A stretch of DNA of 35,309 bases from an uncultured bacterium (lineage in GTDB: Bacteria > JAJVIF01 > JAPKYR01): assembly GCA_965369865.1 (NCBI GenBank), contig CBDURU010000025.1, positions 1 through 35,309 of the forward strand. The letters are read 5' to 3'. Numbering within the stretch: the stretch's first letter is position 1; each line of letters opens with the position of its first letter. This document shows, one piece after another, positions 25,163 through 35,155 of the stretch. The notes under the pieces were generated by a model that was not told the origin of the DNA, did not search any database, and worked only from the letters and a program-made list of their open reading frames with translations. Position numbers and translations under genes: made by a program.

Positions 25163-26089
25163 ATGGATAATATCCTGACAATTTGCTTTCACCAGGTTCT
25201 TGGTGTCCTTTATTCGATCTCGGATAAGTCGTCAAAGGTCATCCTGGTGATTTTCACTATCCTGTTTATCGTAGGGTTAATACGCTCCTTCACATATTGG
25301 GTGTCAACGCTTAAGTCCACAGCGATACTCAGGAAGAATCTTGATGGAATCTCAGTTCGGACAAGCGCTTTAGAAATGTCAACGATCACTGACCCGGAAA
25401 TTTTCGTGAATGTGGTCCCGGATGAAAAAACCGTCACAGCTTTCACCCTCGGCTTCCTGAAACCTGAAATTTACCTGACCTCAGGCCTGATTCAGAAATT
25501 CGATCCGGATGAGTTAGCAATTGTTATTCACCATGAATCAGGGCATTGCGCAAGACGGGATCCTCTTCGCAGTACGATAATCGGTGCTTTGTCAGAGCTT
25601 CTGTGGTTCATACCATTTGTCGGGAAACATTCGGACAGGCTGAAAATTGCCGCCGAACTTGCGTGCGATACGGTAGCGGTTGAAAATGGATACGCCTGTA
25701 ATATTGTGGCAGGCTTACTGTTAAAGGTCGCTGAAGGCCCGAAATTGCTCAACCCGATCCCAGCCCCTGCATTCAGTTCGATTATGGATCAGCTCGAGAT
25801 CAGGATACGGTCGCTCCTTGGTGAGAATATCCTTGCGATCACACGAATTCCTTTAAAAATTATCCTGGCAAGTTCCCTGATTGTGTTTTCAATACTTTTA
25901 TCATCATCCGCTGCGATCACTACTCATATAGATCCCGGTGGACTCGCAACATCGATCCAGACAACCTCCAAGGCGTGCACCGACGGTCATCCCGAAAACG
26001 ATATCCTCCAGCAATTCGGCATCTCCTGCCCCCACTGTGGACCGGATTCATCAAACGAATCATCCGATCCTACCTGCCACATGAAGTAG
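25163..26089 (+). CDS. M56 family (BlaR1/MecR1-like) membrane metallopeptidase with a Cys/His-rich C-terminal tail
   Basis: AFTLGFLKPEI, HESGH (HExxH), RRDP, ELACD, RIRSLL; tail CTDGH...CPHC...TCH. Confidence 0.88.
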   Translation: MDNILTICFHQVLGVLYSISDKSSKVILVIFTILFIVGLIRSFTYWVSTLKSTAILRKNLDGISVRTSALEMSTITDPEIFVNVVPDEKTVTAFTLGFLKPEIYLTSGLIQKFDPDELAIVIHHESGHCARRDPLRSTIIGALSELLWFIPFVGKHSDRLKIAAELACDTVAVENGYACNIVAGLLLKVAEGPKLLNPIPAPAFSSIMDQLEIRIRSLLGENILAITRIPLKIILASSLIVFSILLSSSAAITTHIDPGGLATSIQTTSKACTDGHPENDILQQFGISCPHCGPDSSNESSDPTCHMK

Positions 26090-26125
26090 AAATTCCCAAA
26101 AAATCCCAAAAAATTCGAACCCCCC

Positions 26126-26173
26126 TTGACATTCTACGATCTGTAGAATATACTTGTTCTACCACTTGTAGAA
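26126..26173 (+). promoter_or_regulatory. sigma70 promoter overlapped by two palindromic operators (TTCTAC-N5-GTAGAA)
   Basis: TTGACA (26126)-17 bp-TATACT (26149); palindromes at 26131-26149 and 26157-26173; GAGGTG RBS follows. Confidence 0.82.
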
Positions 26174-26188
26174 TATGAGGTGATCTAA

Positions 26189-26605
26189 ATGGTACCGGAT
26201 TTCAAATTCAATAAAGGCAAAGCCCGGCAGGCCCTCGCGTTAGGGGATCTCGAACGGGCTGTGCTTGAAGCATTATGGGAACATGGCGAAACTCCAGGCA
26301 AGGAAATTTTCAACCTGCTTGGAAAGAAGCACAAGGTCAAGCACAACACATTACTGACTGTCCTCGACAGGCTTATAAAAAAAGGCCTGGTGCTTAAGCA
26401 GAGGGATGGGAGAAATAACACGTACAGCGCAAAGATATCCCGCGACGAGTTCGCGAAGGAAATCGCTTCACCCATTATCGAGGAGCTTCTGGATGTCTCA
26501 TCGCACGCTGCTATGTCGGCATTTGTCGAAAGCGCGGGACGTGACCCGGAGAAACTCGAAGAACTAAAAAAACTTATCAGAGAAGCTGAAAAGAAAAATT
26601 CATGA
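26189..26605 (+). CDS. BlaI/MecI/CopY family transcriptional repressor
   Basis: LGDLERAVLEALW, TLLTVLDRLIKKGLV, Y.AKISRDEF; no cysteines. Confidence 0.92.
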   Translation: MVPDFKFNKGKARQALALGDLERAVLEALWEHGETPGKEIFNLLGKKHKVKHNTLLTVLDRLIKKGLVLKQRDGRNNTYSAKISRDEFAKEIASPIIEELLDVSSHAAMSAFVESAGRDPEKLEELKKLIREAEKKNS

Positions 26606-26628
26606 AATCAAAAGGAGATTAAAAAATC

Positions 26629-27183
26629 ATGAAAAATTATATGTCCGGAATACTGGCCCTGGTGATGATTCTTGGAATCGCCTGGGTAACAACCGCGACA
26701 GCCCAGGAGAATCACAATAATGAGGGAAACCATATGAATCACCATATGGACGCGGATATGCACGGTGATGGTGCCGAAGTTGCAAAGGTATTTGAATGTC
26801 CGATGTTTTGCGGCGGGTTCATGACCATGGATGAGGAAGCCCGGTGCCCGCACTGTGGAATGGCTCTCACTGAAGTCGATACCCTGTATGTATGTCCGGA
26901 TCACCCGAACCACCTTACAACCGATCCCGATGAGAAATGCGAAGATGATCAGGACATCAATGTTGTACCGGTAGAGGAATTATATGTCTGCCCGATGCAC
27001 CCGGATGAAATTTCCGCCGATTCTGACGCCGAATGCGGTCAGTGCGGGATGGATCTCGAACTCGTGGAAGACTGGACTCTGTACGCCTGTCCGATGCATC
27101 CCGATGAAATTTCGACCAATCCCGACGCGGAATGCAGTCAGTGTGGTATGGGTCTTGTACCGGTAGAAGATGATGAGGACTGA
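26629..27183 (+). CDS. Exported heavy-metal-binding protein with four HMBD-like repeats
   Basis: Signal peptide, His/Met-rich N-terminus, FECPMF, YVCPDHP, YVCPMHP and YACPMHP...CxxCGMxL. Confidence 0.88.
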   Translation: MKNYMSGILALVMILGIAWVTTATAQENHNNEGNHMNHHMDADMHGDGAEVAKVFECPMFCGGFMTMDEEARCPHCGMALTEVDTLYVCPDHPNHLTTDPDEKCEDDQDINVVPVEELYVCPMHPDEISADSDAECGQCGMDLELVEDWTLYACPMHPDEISTNPDAECSQCGMGLVPVEDDED

Positions 27184-27254
27184 AAAATACGGGCACGATC
27201 TGGTTTTATTCCAGTAAGTTAATGATTCAGAATTTTTATGAGGGATAGAACATC

Positions 27255-28646
27255 ATGAAAACCTTAAAGAGCATAATAATCGTGATAACTCTGTTCCTTG
27301 TACCATTGGTGCGAGTGGACGCGACCGAGGCTTATCCCGGAGGGGGCCTGGTGAACCTTATCGCATCCACCGAAGTAGCTGTCAATCCGCAGTTCATTGC
27401 AGAAACCGGATCAGAAGGGACTCCTGAAGATAAAGTTTTACTAAGGGATCTATTTGAAACCGCTTTTTCAGGTAATCCCAGGATCATCGCCGCTCGGGCC
27501 AACTGGCAGGCGATGGTCGAGATGTATCCCCAGGCGACTTCCTACCCCGATCCAAAATTGAATATCAACTGGTTTCCGGAACCGATCGAAACGAGGAACG
27601 GATCGAACGATTTTGGGTTCCAGATCATGCAGATGATCCCGAACCCTCATCGGCTTAATCTCATGGGCGACCTGGCGCTGACCAGGGCCGAGATGGCGAA
27701 GGTCGGCTATGAAAAAAAGGTGCGCGATGTCCTGACCGACGTAATGAAATCGTATTTCGAACTCGGATACCTTCACCGGGCGATCGGGATTGCCCAGGTC
27801 AACAGGCAGCATTTCTCAGAGCTTGTCGAGTTCGGGAACCTTCGATATTCACAGGGGGAAATCGGCAACGCTGAACTGTACGCCACCCAGAGCCGTCTCG
27901 GGCAGGCGGAGTACGAGGAAATCCTTTTAACGGAACTCCTTTACACCGAAGAGTCAAACCTGAGAAATCTACTTGGCGTCGATCCGGATTTCCATATCGG
28001 CACTGTTTCGCTTCCTTACACTGAGCCGGTCGAACTGGATCTCGATATCCTGAGGGAACGTGTCTCGGATTACCGGCATGAACTCGAAATGGCCGGGGTT
28101 TCCGTGGAGATCGCCGAGGTGAATGTTTCGATCGCGAGATCCATGGATGACCCGAATTTTTCACTCGGGTTCATGTACAACGTTATCGGCACATCACCCA
28201 TGAGTGATGGCATGCGCACGAGCGGCGATGACGCCTGGGGAATCATGTTCGGGATTACCATTCCAATCTGGGATGGTAAAAACGACGCGAGAATCGACCA
28301 GGCTGAATCGCAGCTCGTGAGCGCTATTGCAAATCTTGAGGACCAGGGTAACCAGGCGTACGCGGATATCGAGCGAATTTACTGGCAGCTTCAAAACCAG
28401 AGACGCCTGGTCGAGTTGTACCGGGAAACTCTTCTCCCCGAGGCGATGACGGCAGCGGAGTTGTCGCAGACCTGGTACGAGGAAGGTCAGATTCCGTTTA
28501 CAAATTTAGTTGAGACAACCATGATCATGCAGAATTTCCAGCTTGCCACTGTCCGGGCGGAAACGGATTATCTTAAATCTCTTGCTGAGCTTCAGAAACT
28601 TACCGGAATCCCTGTTTTTGAATCAGGCGAGGAGGTGGAGCAATGA
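27255..28646 (+). CDS. TolC family outer-membrane efflux protein
   Basis: NPRI..A, YPDP.L, Q.IP, Y..GEI, DP.FS.G, GITIPIW; heavy-metal RND context. Confidence 0.88.
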   Translation: MKTLKSIIIVITLFLVPLVRVDATEAYPGGGLVNLIASTEVAVNPQFIAETGSEGTPEDKVLLRDLFETAFSGNPRIIAARANWQAMVEMYPQATSYPDPKLNINWFPEPIETRNGSNDFGFQIMQMIPNPHRLNLMGDLALTRAEMAKVGYEKKVRDVLTDVMKSYFELGYLHRAIGIAQVNRQHFSELVEFGNLRYSQGEIGNAELYATQSRLGQAEYEEILLTELLYTEESNLRNLLGVDPDFHIGTVSLPYTEPVELDLDILRERVSDYRHELEMAGVSVEIAEVNVSIARSMDDPNFSLGFMYNVIGTSPMSDGMRTSGDDAWGIMFGITIPIWDGKNDARIDQAESQLVSAIANLEDQGNQAYADIERIYWQLQNQRRLVELYRETLLPEAMTAAELSQTWYEEGQIPFTNLVETTMIMQNFQLATVRAETDYLKSLAELQKLTGIPVFESGEEVEQ

Positions 28647-30241
28647 ATTTATCCAGGCTGAATACGATCTTCATGGCGATATTCCTCACGCTGTTTTTTA
28701 CGCTGGCCGCTAATGCGTCAACCTACAGCGAACTTCGTGAGGACGCCAACAGCAATACGTCCGATGTTTACGACCTCTACTCAGGATCCGCTGAAACCAT
28801 ACAAAATGAGGTCAGCGATAATTCAACAATCGAACCACCGGATTATTCCGACCTTCTCGCCAGATACGAAACGGCATCGAGTCGCGATCCGCTTGGCGCG
28901 TTGCTCGAAAGATTTCCAGTGGCATCGCGATTCCAGATCGAGGAATATCAGGTGTTGGATCGCGAAGCTGCTGCATCAAGCTTGAATAGTAACATTGACG
29001 AGGAATTAATTCTCGCGGTATTGCTGGCACGATCACCGAGGCTCGCGAGGGCTGAAGAAGCCTGGCACGCAGCACTGAACAGGTATCCAGAGACATTTTA
29101 CCTCCAGGATATTCTCAACCGGTACCAGGCATTCACCGAGGGCATGTCATTGGCTGTCGGACGTGAATACCAGCGCGGAATGGTGCAGATGAATTATGCA
29201 TCCCCCGGAATGCTTACACTTCGGGGCGAGGTTGTCGAGCTTGATATTGAGATCGCATGGAATGAGTACATTCGTGAAGGCACCGAAATTATCGCCGATA
29301 CAAAATCTCTTCTCGCTGAAATCCGAAACAAAAACGAGTTGATTTCAATTAATGCCGCCAGCGCGTCAAGGCTGTCGGTTTTATCGAGCGTTGTCGAAGC
29401 ACAGTATGTGGCGGGCACACGATCGTTTTCCGACCTCGTCAGGATCAGGACCGAGCTTGCTACACGCCGCGACATGGTCGAGCGAATGAGAAGCATGAAG
29501 GAAGGCCTGCTCGGACGGTTAGCATCCATGCTTGATCTCCCTGTTACCACGACTTTCGGTGAATTCACATGGACGGATGAAACGAATCTTGATTTAAGTA
29601 CAGAAAATCTCTCTGATGAAATTATTGATACACGTCCGGAACTGATCCAGATCGCACTGAAACTCGAAAAAATGGACGCCATGATCGAGATGACTCTGCT
29701 GAGGGCCGATCCCGACCAGACTTTCGGATTCACATACTTCCAGGGCCGGGATGTACAAACACTCGGTGGCGGCATGGATTCAAGCGACACTGGAGGAATG
29801 GATGGAATGGACATGGGCGACGGCTCAGACACGGGTGAAATGGACATGAATTTCATGAACCGGCCGATGGTCGATCATCGCGGAATCGATACGGCATCAG
29901 ACCTCGCATGGGCAATGGAAATTATGGACAGGCGCAATGCCATGCGGGAAATGCGCCAGGCGAAAACCGATATGGCCGCAGGCATGCTGGCTATGCAAAT
30001 CGAGCGATACAACCGTTCCGTTGAATCGACAGGTGTGTCGAGGGGACGGGTGATTCCGAACTCGCGGGCGGCGCTCGATGTTGTACGAGCTGGTTACACC
30101 GCCCAGGAAAATAATTTCAACGATTTAATTATGGCGGAATTAACGCTTCTCATGGCACGAATGGACCTTTCAAATTTCGAATTGGAAAAGCGTTTATCAC
30201 TGGCGGAGATCGGTCGCCTGATGGGGCATACGATTGATTAA
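28643..30241 (+). CDS. Second, divergent TolC family protein with a Met/Gly/Asp-rich insertion
   Basis: RSPRL, QYVAG.RSFSDL, RPEL, DPDQTFG, GY......FNDLI; ATGA overlap with the first TolC. Confidence 0.75.
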   Translation: MNLSRLNTIFMAIFLTLFFTLAANASTYSELREDANSNTSDVYDLYSGSAETIQNEVSDNSTIEPPDYSDLLARYETASSRDPLGALLERFPVASRFQIEEYQVLDREAAASSLNSNIDEELILAVLLARSPRLARAEEAWHAALNRYPETFYLQDILNRYQAFTEGMSLAVGREYQRGMVQMNYASPGMLTLRGEVVELDIEIAWNEYIREGTEIIADTKSLLAEIRNKNELISINAASASRLSVLSSVVEAQYVAGTRSFSDLVRIRTELATRRDMVERMRSMKEGLLGRLASMLDLPVTTTFGEFTWTDETNLDLSTENLSDEIIDTRPELIQIALKLEKMDAMIEMTLLRADPDQTFGFTYFQGRDVQTLGGGMDSSDTGGMDGMDMGDGSDTGEMDMNFMNRPMVDHRGIDTASDLAWAMEIMDRRNAMREMRQAKTDMAAGMLAMQIERYNRSVESTGVSRGRVIPNSRAALDVVRAGYTAQENNFNDLIMAELTLLMARMDLSNFELEKRLSLAEIGRLMGHTID

Positions 30242-30260
30242 TCGGACGGAGCTTACCAAA

Positions 30261-31937
30261 ATGAAACTCTTAAAATTAAAACCCGCATACATAATCCTGT
30301 TCATCCTGCTTTTGGCGATTTCGGGAGCGTTCATCCTGAGTTGCACACCGGTCCAGGGCGGTGATGGGTCGGATGAAACCACCCTCTACACCTGCGGCAT
30401 GCATCCGAACGTGATCCAGGAAGGCCCCGGGCAGTGCCCGATCTGCGGTATGAACCTGACACCAATGGATATCGGTGGCGTGTCATCGGTTCCCGAAGGT
30501 GAACGAGTAATTCTTTACTGGGTCGCACCGATGGACCCGGGTTATATCAGGGATGAACCCGGTAAATCTCCGATGGGCATGGACCTTGTTCCTGTTTACG
30601 AAGACGAGGTCATGAGCGGTGCGGGAGTGACAATCGATCCCGCGATTATTCAGAGTATCGGTGTACGGTACGCAGAGGTCGAAGTCGGTCCGGTTGAAAA
30701 GACAATTCGCGCCGCGGCGCATGTCGATTTCGATGAGGACCAGTACACCGTGCTGTCCACCCGGACAGGCGGATGGATCGAAAAGCTCCATGTTACGTCT
30801 CCCGGTGAGGAAGTGCATGAGGGCGATCCGCTGTTCGATTTCTTTTCACCGACACTTTTCTCGGCACAGGAAGAATATTTAATCGCGCGAAGAATGGGGG
30901 ATTCTACTCTCGCGAATGCTGCGGTAGAAAGATTACGTCTGCTGGGTGTTTCCGATGAGATGATTGAAGACATTCGAATTAACGGCTCCCGACGGGCTTT
31001 GACGATCGATGCCCCGATGGATGGCATAGTCGCATCGATTGGATCGTCAAGTGGCGGGGGCGGCGGGGGTGGAGGAATATCTGGTGGCATGTCAGGAATG
31101 TCCGGCATGGGGGGATCGGGTGGCTCTGGTGGTATGAATGACATGAGTTCCGGAATGGGCGGGGACATTAAAGAAGGAAATTATGTCGGCTCCGGAACCA
31201 GCGTATTTTCGATCGCGGATTTATCATCGGTATGGGTTTACGCCCATGTATATGAAGATGAACTCCAGTTTGTGTCTGAAGGTTTATCTGCAGAACTGGA
31301 ACTGGATTACTTGCCCGGGCAATTATTCGAAGGGACGATCGATTTTGTTTACCCATTTCTCGACCGCCAGACCCGTGATATAAAAATCAGGATGGGTTTC
31401 GAAAATCCCGATGGCCTTTTGATGCCGGGGATGTTTGGGACCGTCCGGATTACCAATCGTATTGAAGACACTGGATTATTGATTCCAGCCGAAGCGGTTA
31501 TTTACTCCGGCGACATGCGGCTGGTTTTCCTGGCCCTGTCCGGTGGACGTTTTGCTCCACAGGAAGTGACCCTTGGGGTTAATGCCGGTGACAACATGGT
31601 CCAGATTCTGGATGGCCTTGTCGCAGGACAAACAATTGTTACAAGCGCTCAATTCCTTCTCGACAGCGAGTCGAGATTAAAAGAAGCAATCAATAAAATG
31701 CTCGCTGGAGCCTCCAACGAATTGGACAACGAGCATGAGGGCATGGGGGAAACAGCGGGAGAATGGGCTGACCTTGCCCCGGATGATCCGGATGCCCACT
31801 TCCGCTGTCCCATGCCCGGGGATCAGTATTACACATCTGATGACGGCCAATGCCCGATCTGTGGAATGTTCCTTGAAGAACACGATCCAGACGCATGGGC
31901 TGCTGAACATCAACAAAACGACGGGCATAACCACTAA
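30261..31937 (+). CDS. cusB: CusB-like RND periplasmic adaptor with HMBD domains
   Basis: YTCGMHP..PGQCPICGM, WVAPMDP..PGKSPMGMDLVP, GWIEKL, IADLSSVW, PGMFG, SAQFLLDSESRL; ATG 30261 with GGAG RBS. Confidence 0.9.
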   Translation: MKLLKLKPAYIILFILLLAISGAFILSCTPVQGGDGSDETTLYTCGMHPNVIQEGPGQCPICGMNLTPMDIGGVSSVPEGERVILYWVAPMDPGYIRDEPGKSPMGMDLVPVYEDEVMSGAGVTIDPAIIQSIGVRYAEVEVGPVEKTIRAAAHVDFDEDQYTVLSTRTGGWIEKLHVTSPGEEVHEGDPLFDFFSPTLFSAQEEYLIARRMGDSTLANAAVERLRLLGVSDEMIEDIRINGSRRALTIDAPMDGIVASIGSSSGGGGGGGGISGGMSGMSGMGGSGGSGGMNDMSSGMGGDIKEGNYVGSGTSVFSIADLSSVWVYAHVYEDELQFVSEGLSAELELDYLPGQLFEGTIDFVYPFLDRQTRDIKIRMGFENPDGLLMPGMFGTVRITNRIEDTGLLIPAEAVIYSGDMRLVFLALSGGRFAPQEVTLGVNAGDNMVQILDGLVAGQTIVTSAQFLLDSESRLKEAINKMLAGASNELDNEHEGMGETAGEWADLAPDDPDAHFRCPMPGDQYYTSDDGQCPICGMFLEEHDPDAWAAEHQQNDGHNH

Positions 31938-31949
31938 GGGGGCGAGACC

Positions 31950-34900
31950 ATGATAGAAGCAATTATAGAATACAGCTTACGTAACCGTGTTTTAATTATC
32001 ATTCTCGCCGTAATCCTTGCGGTTTTGGGAATCCGCTCTATAGGCACGATCAACCTCGACGCTATCCCCGACCTTTCGGACACCCAGGTTATTGTATATT
32101 CGGAATTTCCCGGTCAAAGCCCTCAGGTAATGGAAGACCAGGTTACCTATCCCCTGACATCCGCCATGTTACAGGTCCCGTTCGCCAAAGATGTGCGCGG
32201 GTATTCATTTTTCGGCTTCAGCATGGTCTATATCATTTTCGAGGACGGTACCGACCTTTACTGGGCACGGTCGCGCGTAATGGAATCGCTGAATTATGTT
32301 TCAGCACGCCTTCCGGACGGCGTCACTCCCCAGCTCGGACCCGACGCTACCGGTGTGGGATGGGTTTACCAGTACGTACTCGAAGTCGATCCGGAATACG
32401 AAGGCCAGTACGATCTCGCCGAACTTCGATCTATCCAGGACTGGTACCTGAAATACGAATTGATGAGTGTGCAGGGAGTCAGCGAAGTGGCGTCGATTGG
32501 CGGATTCGTAAAACAGTACCAGGTGGTTGTCGATCCGAACGCGCTCCAGGCTTTCGGAATTTCCATCGGCCAGGTGCGGATGGCGATTCAGAATTCCAAT
32601 CAGGATGTCGGTGGAAAAATCATCGAGCAGGCTGAGCGGGAATTCATGGTCCGCGGGCTTGGTTATATCGAGGGGATGGATGACATCTCGAATATCGCGG
32701 TTGGGGCCGACCAGGACGGCACACCGATTCTCCTGAGACAGATCGCGGATGTCCGGATAGGTCCTGAAATTCGACGCGGACTTGCCACATGGAATGGCGA
32801 AGGTGAAACGGTCGGCGGAATAGTGATTATGCGATCGGGCGAAAACGCCCTTGAAGTAATCAACGCAACAAAGGAACGAATCGAAGAGCTTGCAAAGGGA
32901 CTCCCACCGGGGGTTATGGTCACGGCAAGTTATGACCGTAGCGAATTGATCGAACGTGCGGTTAAAAATCTTTCCCGGAAACTGATCGAGGAAATGATTG
33001 TTGTAGCACTCGTCTGCATCATCTTCCTCCTGCACTTTAAATCCAGTCTTGTAAGCATTATCACGTTACCACTCGGGATCCTGATAAGCATAAGCATTAT
33101 GGATTATATGGGTATTACCGCCAACGTTATGAGCCTTGGTGGTATTGCTATCGCTGTGGGGGTGATGGTCGACGCCGCGGTTGTGCTTGTTGAAAATACG
33201 CACAAACATCTCGAACGCGACGCGGGGAAGAAATCGCATTTTCAGATCGTGCTCGAAGCATCGAAAGAGGTCGGCCCTGCCCTGTTTTTCTCACTGGTGA
33301 TCATCACAGTCAGCTTTCTCCCTGTATTTGTACTTGGAGAGCAGTCAGGCCGATTGTTCAAGCCGCTTGCGTTCACGAAAACATTCGCGATGGGCACCGC
33401 GAGCATCATTGCGATTACAGTAATTCCGGTGCTGCTGTATTACTTTGTCAAAGGCAATATCAAACCGGAGAATAAAAATCCGATCTCACGATTTTTAATT
33501 AAGATTTACCGGCCGGCGCTTGAATGGATCCTCAGGAAAAAATGGCAGACAGTGATCGCCGCCGGAGCAATTTTACTCATAACCCTCATTCCGCTTTCAA
33601 TGCTTGGTAGCGAGTTCATGCCGCCACTGAACGAGGGCGACATCCTCTACATGCCCACAACCGATCCTGGTATCAGCATTACCAAGGCACGGGAGCTTCT
33701 CCAGCAGACCGACCGTTTGATAATGACGGTTCCGGAAGTTGACACGGTATTCGGGAAGATCGGCCGTGCCGATACGGCTACCGACCCTGCGCCTTTAGCG
33801 ATGATCGAAACTGTCATCACGCTTCACCCGGAGCACGAATGGCGTCCGGGAATGACCATGGAGAAGATAATTGAGGAGCTGAATTCCACGGTCAATATCC
33901 CCGGCCTTACAAACGCCTGGACAATGCCTATCCGTACCCGTATCGACATGCTCTCAACGGGAATCAAAACGCCTGTTGGGATCAAAATTATGGGGGATGA
34001 TCTAAAAACACTTGCAGACCTCGCGCAACTCATTGCCACCGATGTTATGACCGTCGATGGGACCCTCTCGGCATATCCCGAGAAAGCATTCGGTGGGAAT
34101 TATCTCGATATTGATATCGACCGGGACGCGATCGCGCGATACGGCCTCACAATAAACGACGTTCAGATGGTCATCAAGTCCGCGATCGGTGGAATGAATG
34201 TCACTGAAACCGTTGAAGGGCTGGAACGTTACCCGATAAATGTACGGTATCCCCGCGATTATCGCGACGATCTTGAATCATTGGAACGTGTGCTTATACC
34301 AATTCCGTCAGGCGGATCGGTTCCGCTTTCGCAACTGGCCGACCTGAGATTTGTCGAAGGCCCTCCTGTCATAAAAACCGAAAACGCCCGTCGAACCGCC
34401 TGGATTTATGTCGATATCCGTGGACGGGATATCGGCGGCTATGTTGCCGAAGCAAAAGCCATGGTCGATTCGAAGGTCGCGTCCGGCGATATCGATCTGC
34501 CGGCTGGATATTCAATCATCTGGTCCGGACAGTATGAATACATGCAGAAAGCCGCTGCAACTTTGAGAGTTGTTATCCCGTTAACCCTGGCGGTAATTTT
34601 TCTCCTTCTCTATTTCCATTTCAAATCGTTCACGGAAACGATGATCGTAATGCTGACACTTCCGTTCGCGATTATCGGCGGGGTGTGGCTGTTGTTTATC
34701 CTTGGCTACAACACATCGGTCGCGGTATGGGTCGGATTCATCGCGCTTGCAGGATTAGCCGCCGAAACCGGGATCGTGATGCTGGTCTATGTCGATATCG
34801 CGGTTAAAAATGCGATTAAAGAAGGCCGTTTGAATTCTATGGTTGATTTAAACAGGGCGATCATCGAAGGTGCCGTTGACAGGGTACGCCCGAAGATCAT

Positions 34901-35087
34901 GACTGTCATGACAACATTAATCGGACTCTTACCAATCATGTTTGGAACAGAAACCGGTTCGCAGGTAATGAAACGCATCGCATCCCCGATGGTCGGCGGC
35001 CTTATAAGCGCAACGATATTGACGTTGTTTCTCATCCCGGCAGTTTATGGACTCGTAAAAACCGGACTTGTTAAGAAAAAGAAATAA
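31950..35087 (+). CDS. cusA: CusA/CzcA family heavy-metal RND permease (Cu+/Ag+ type)
   Basis: DAIPDLSDTQV, LGPDATGVGW, MSLGGIAIAVG.MVD; Met sites LYMPT, PLAMIET, RIDMLSTG. Confidence 0.95.
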   Translation: MIEAIIEYSLRNRVLIIILAVILAVLGIRSIGTINLDAIPDLSDTQVIVYSEFPGQSPQVMEDQVTYPLTSAMLQVPFAKDVRGYSFFGFSMVYIIFEDGTDLYWARSRVMESLNYVSARLPDGVTPQLGPDATGVGWVYQYVLEVDPEYEGQYDLAELRSIQDWYLKYELMSVQGVSEVASIGGFVKQYQVVVDPNALQAFGISIGQVRMAIQNSNQDVGGKIIEQAEREFMVRGLGYIEGMDDISNIAVGADQDGTPILLRQIADVRIGPEIRRGLATWNGEGETVGGIVIMRSGENALEVINATKERIEELAKGLPPGVMVTASYDRSELIERAVKNLSRKLIEEMIVVALVCIIFLLHFKSSLVSIITLPLGILISISIMDYMGITANVMSLGGIAIAVGVMVDAAVVLVENTHKHLERDAGKKSHFQIVLEASKEVGPALFFSLVIITVSFLPVFVLGEQSGRLFKPLAFTKTFAMGTASIIAITVIPVLLYYFVKGNIKPENKNPISRFLIKIYRPALEWILRKKWQTVIAAGAILLITLIPLSMLGSEFMPPLNEGDILYMPTTDPGISITKARELLQQTDRLIMTVPEVDTVFGKIGRADTATDPAPLAMIETVITLHPEHEWRPGMTMEKIIEELNSTVNIPGLTNAWTMPIRTRIDMLSTGIKTPVGIKIMGDDLKTLADLAQLIATDVMTVDGTLSAYPEKAFGGNYLDIDIDRDAIARYGLTINDVQMVIKSAIGGMNVTETVEGLERYPINVRYPRDYRDDLESLERVLIPIPSGGSVPLSQLADLRFVEGPPVIKTENARRTAWIYVDIRGRDIGGYVAEAKAMVDSKVASGDIDLPAGYSIIWSGQYEYMQKAAATLRVVIPLTLAVIFLLLYFHFKSFTETMIVMLTLPFAIIGGVWLLFILGYNTSVAVWVGFIALAGLAAETGIVMLVYVDIAVKNAIKEGRLNSMVDLNRAIIEGAVDRVRPKIMTVMTTLIGLLPIMFGTETGSQVMKRIASPMVGGLISATILTLFLIPAVYGLVKTGLVKKKK

Positions 35088-35126
35088 ATAGTTGTACGCG
35101 TTTAATTCACTGACTGCTTCCAGTGA

Positions 35127-35153
35127 GCCGATCGCTTCAGGCGATCGGTTTTT
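35127..35153 (+). terminator. Rho-independent terminator after cusA
   Basis: CCGATCGC-ttcag-GCGATCGG stem-loop followed by TTTTT. Confidence 0.75.
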
Positions 35154-35155
35154 CT

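Noticed and set aside
25163..26605. Beta-lactam resistance regulator (blaR1-blaI)
   Set aside because: No penicillin-binding sensor domain and no beta-lactamase; the downstream genes are for metal efflux.
29194..33035. Minus-strand ORFs of 220, 172 and 244 aa
   Set aside because: Antisense shadows of the tolC, cusB and cusA genes.
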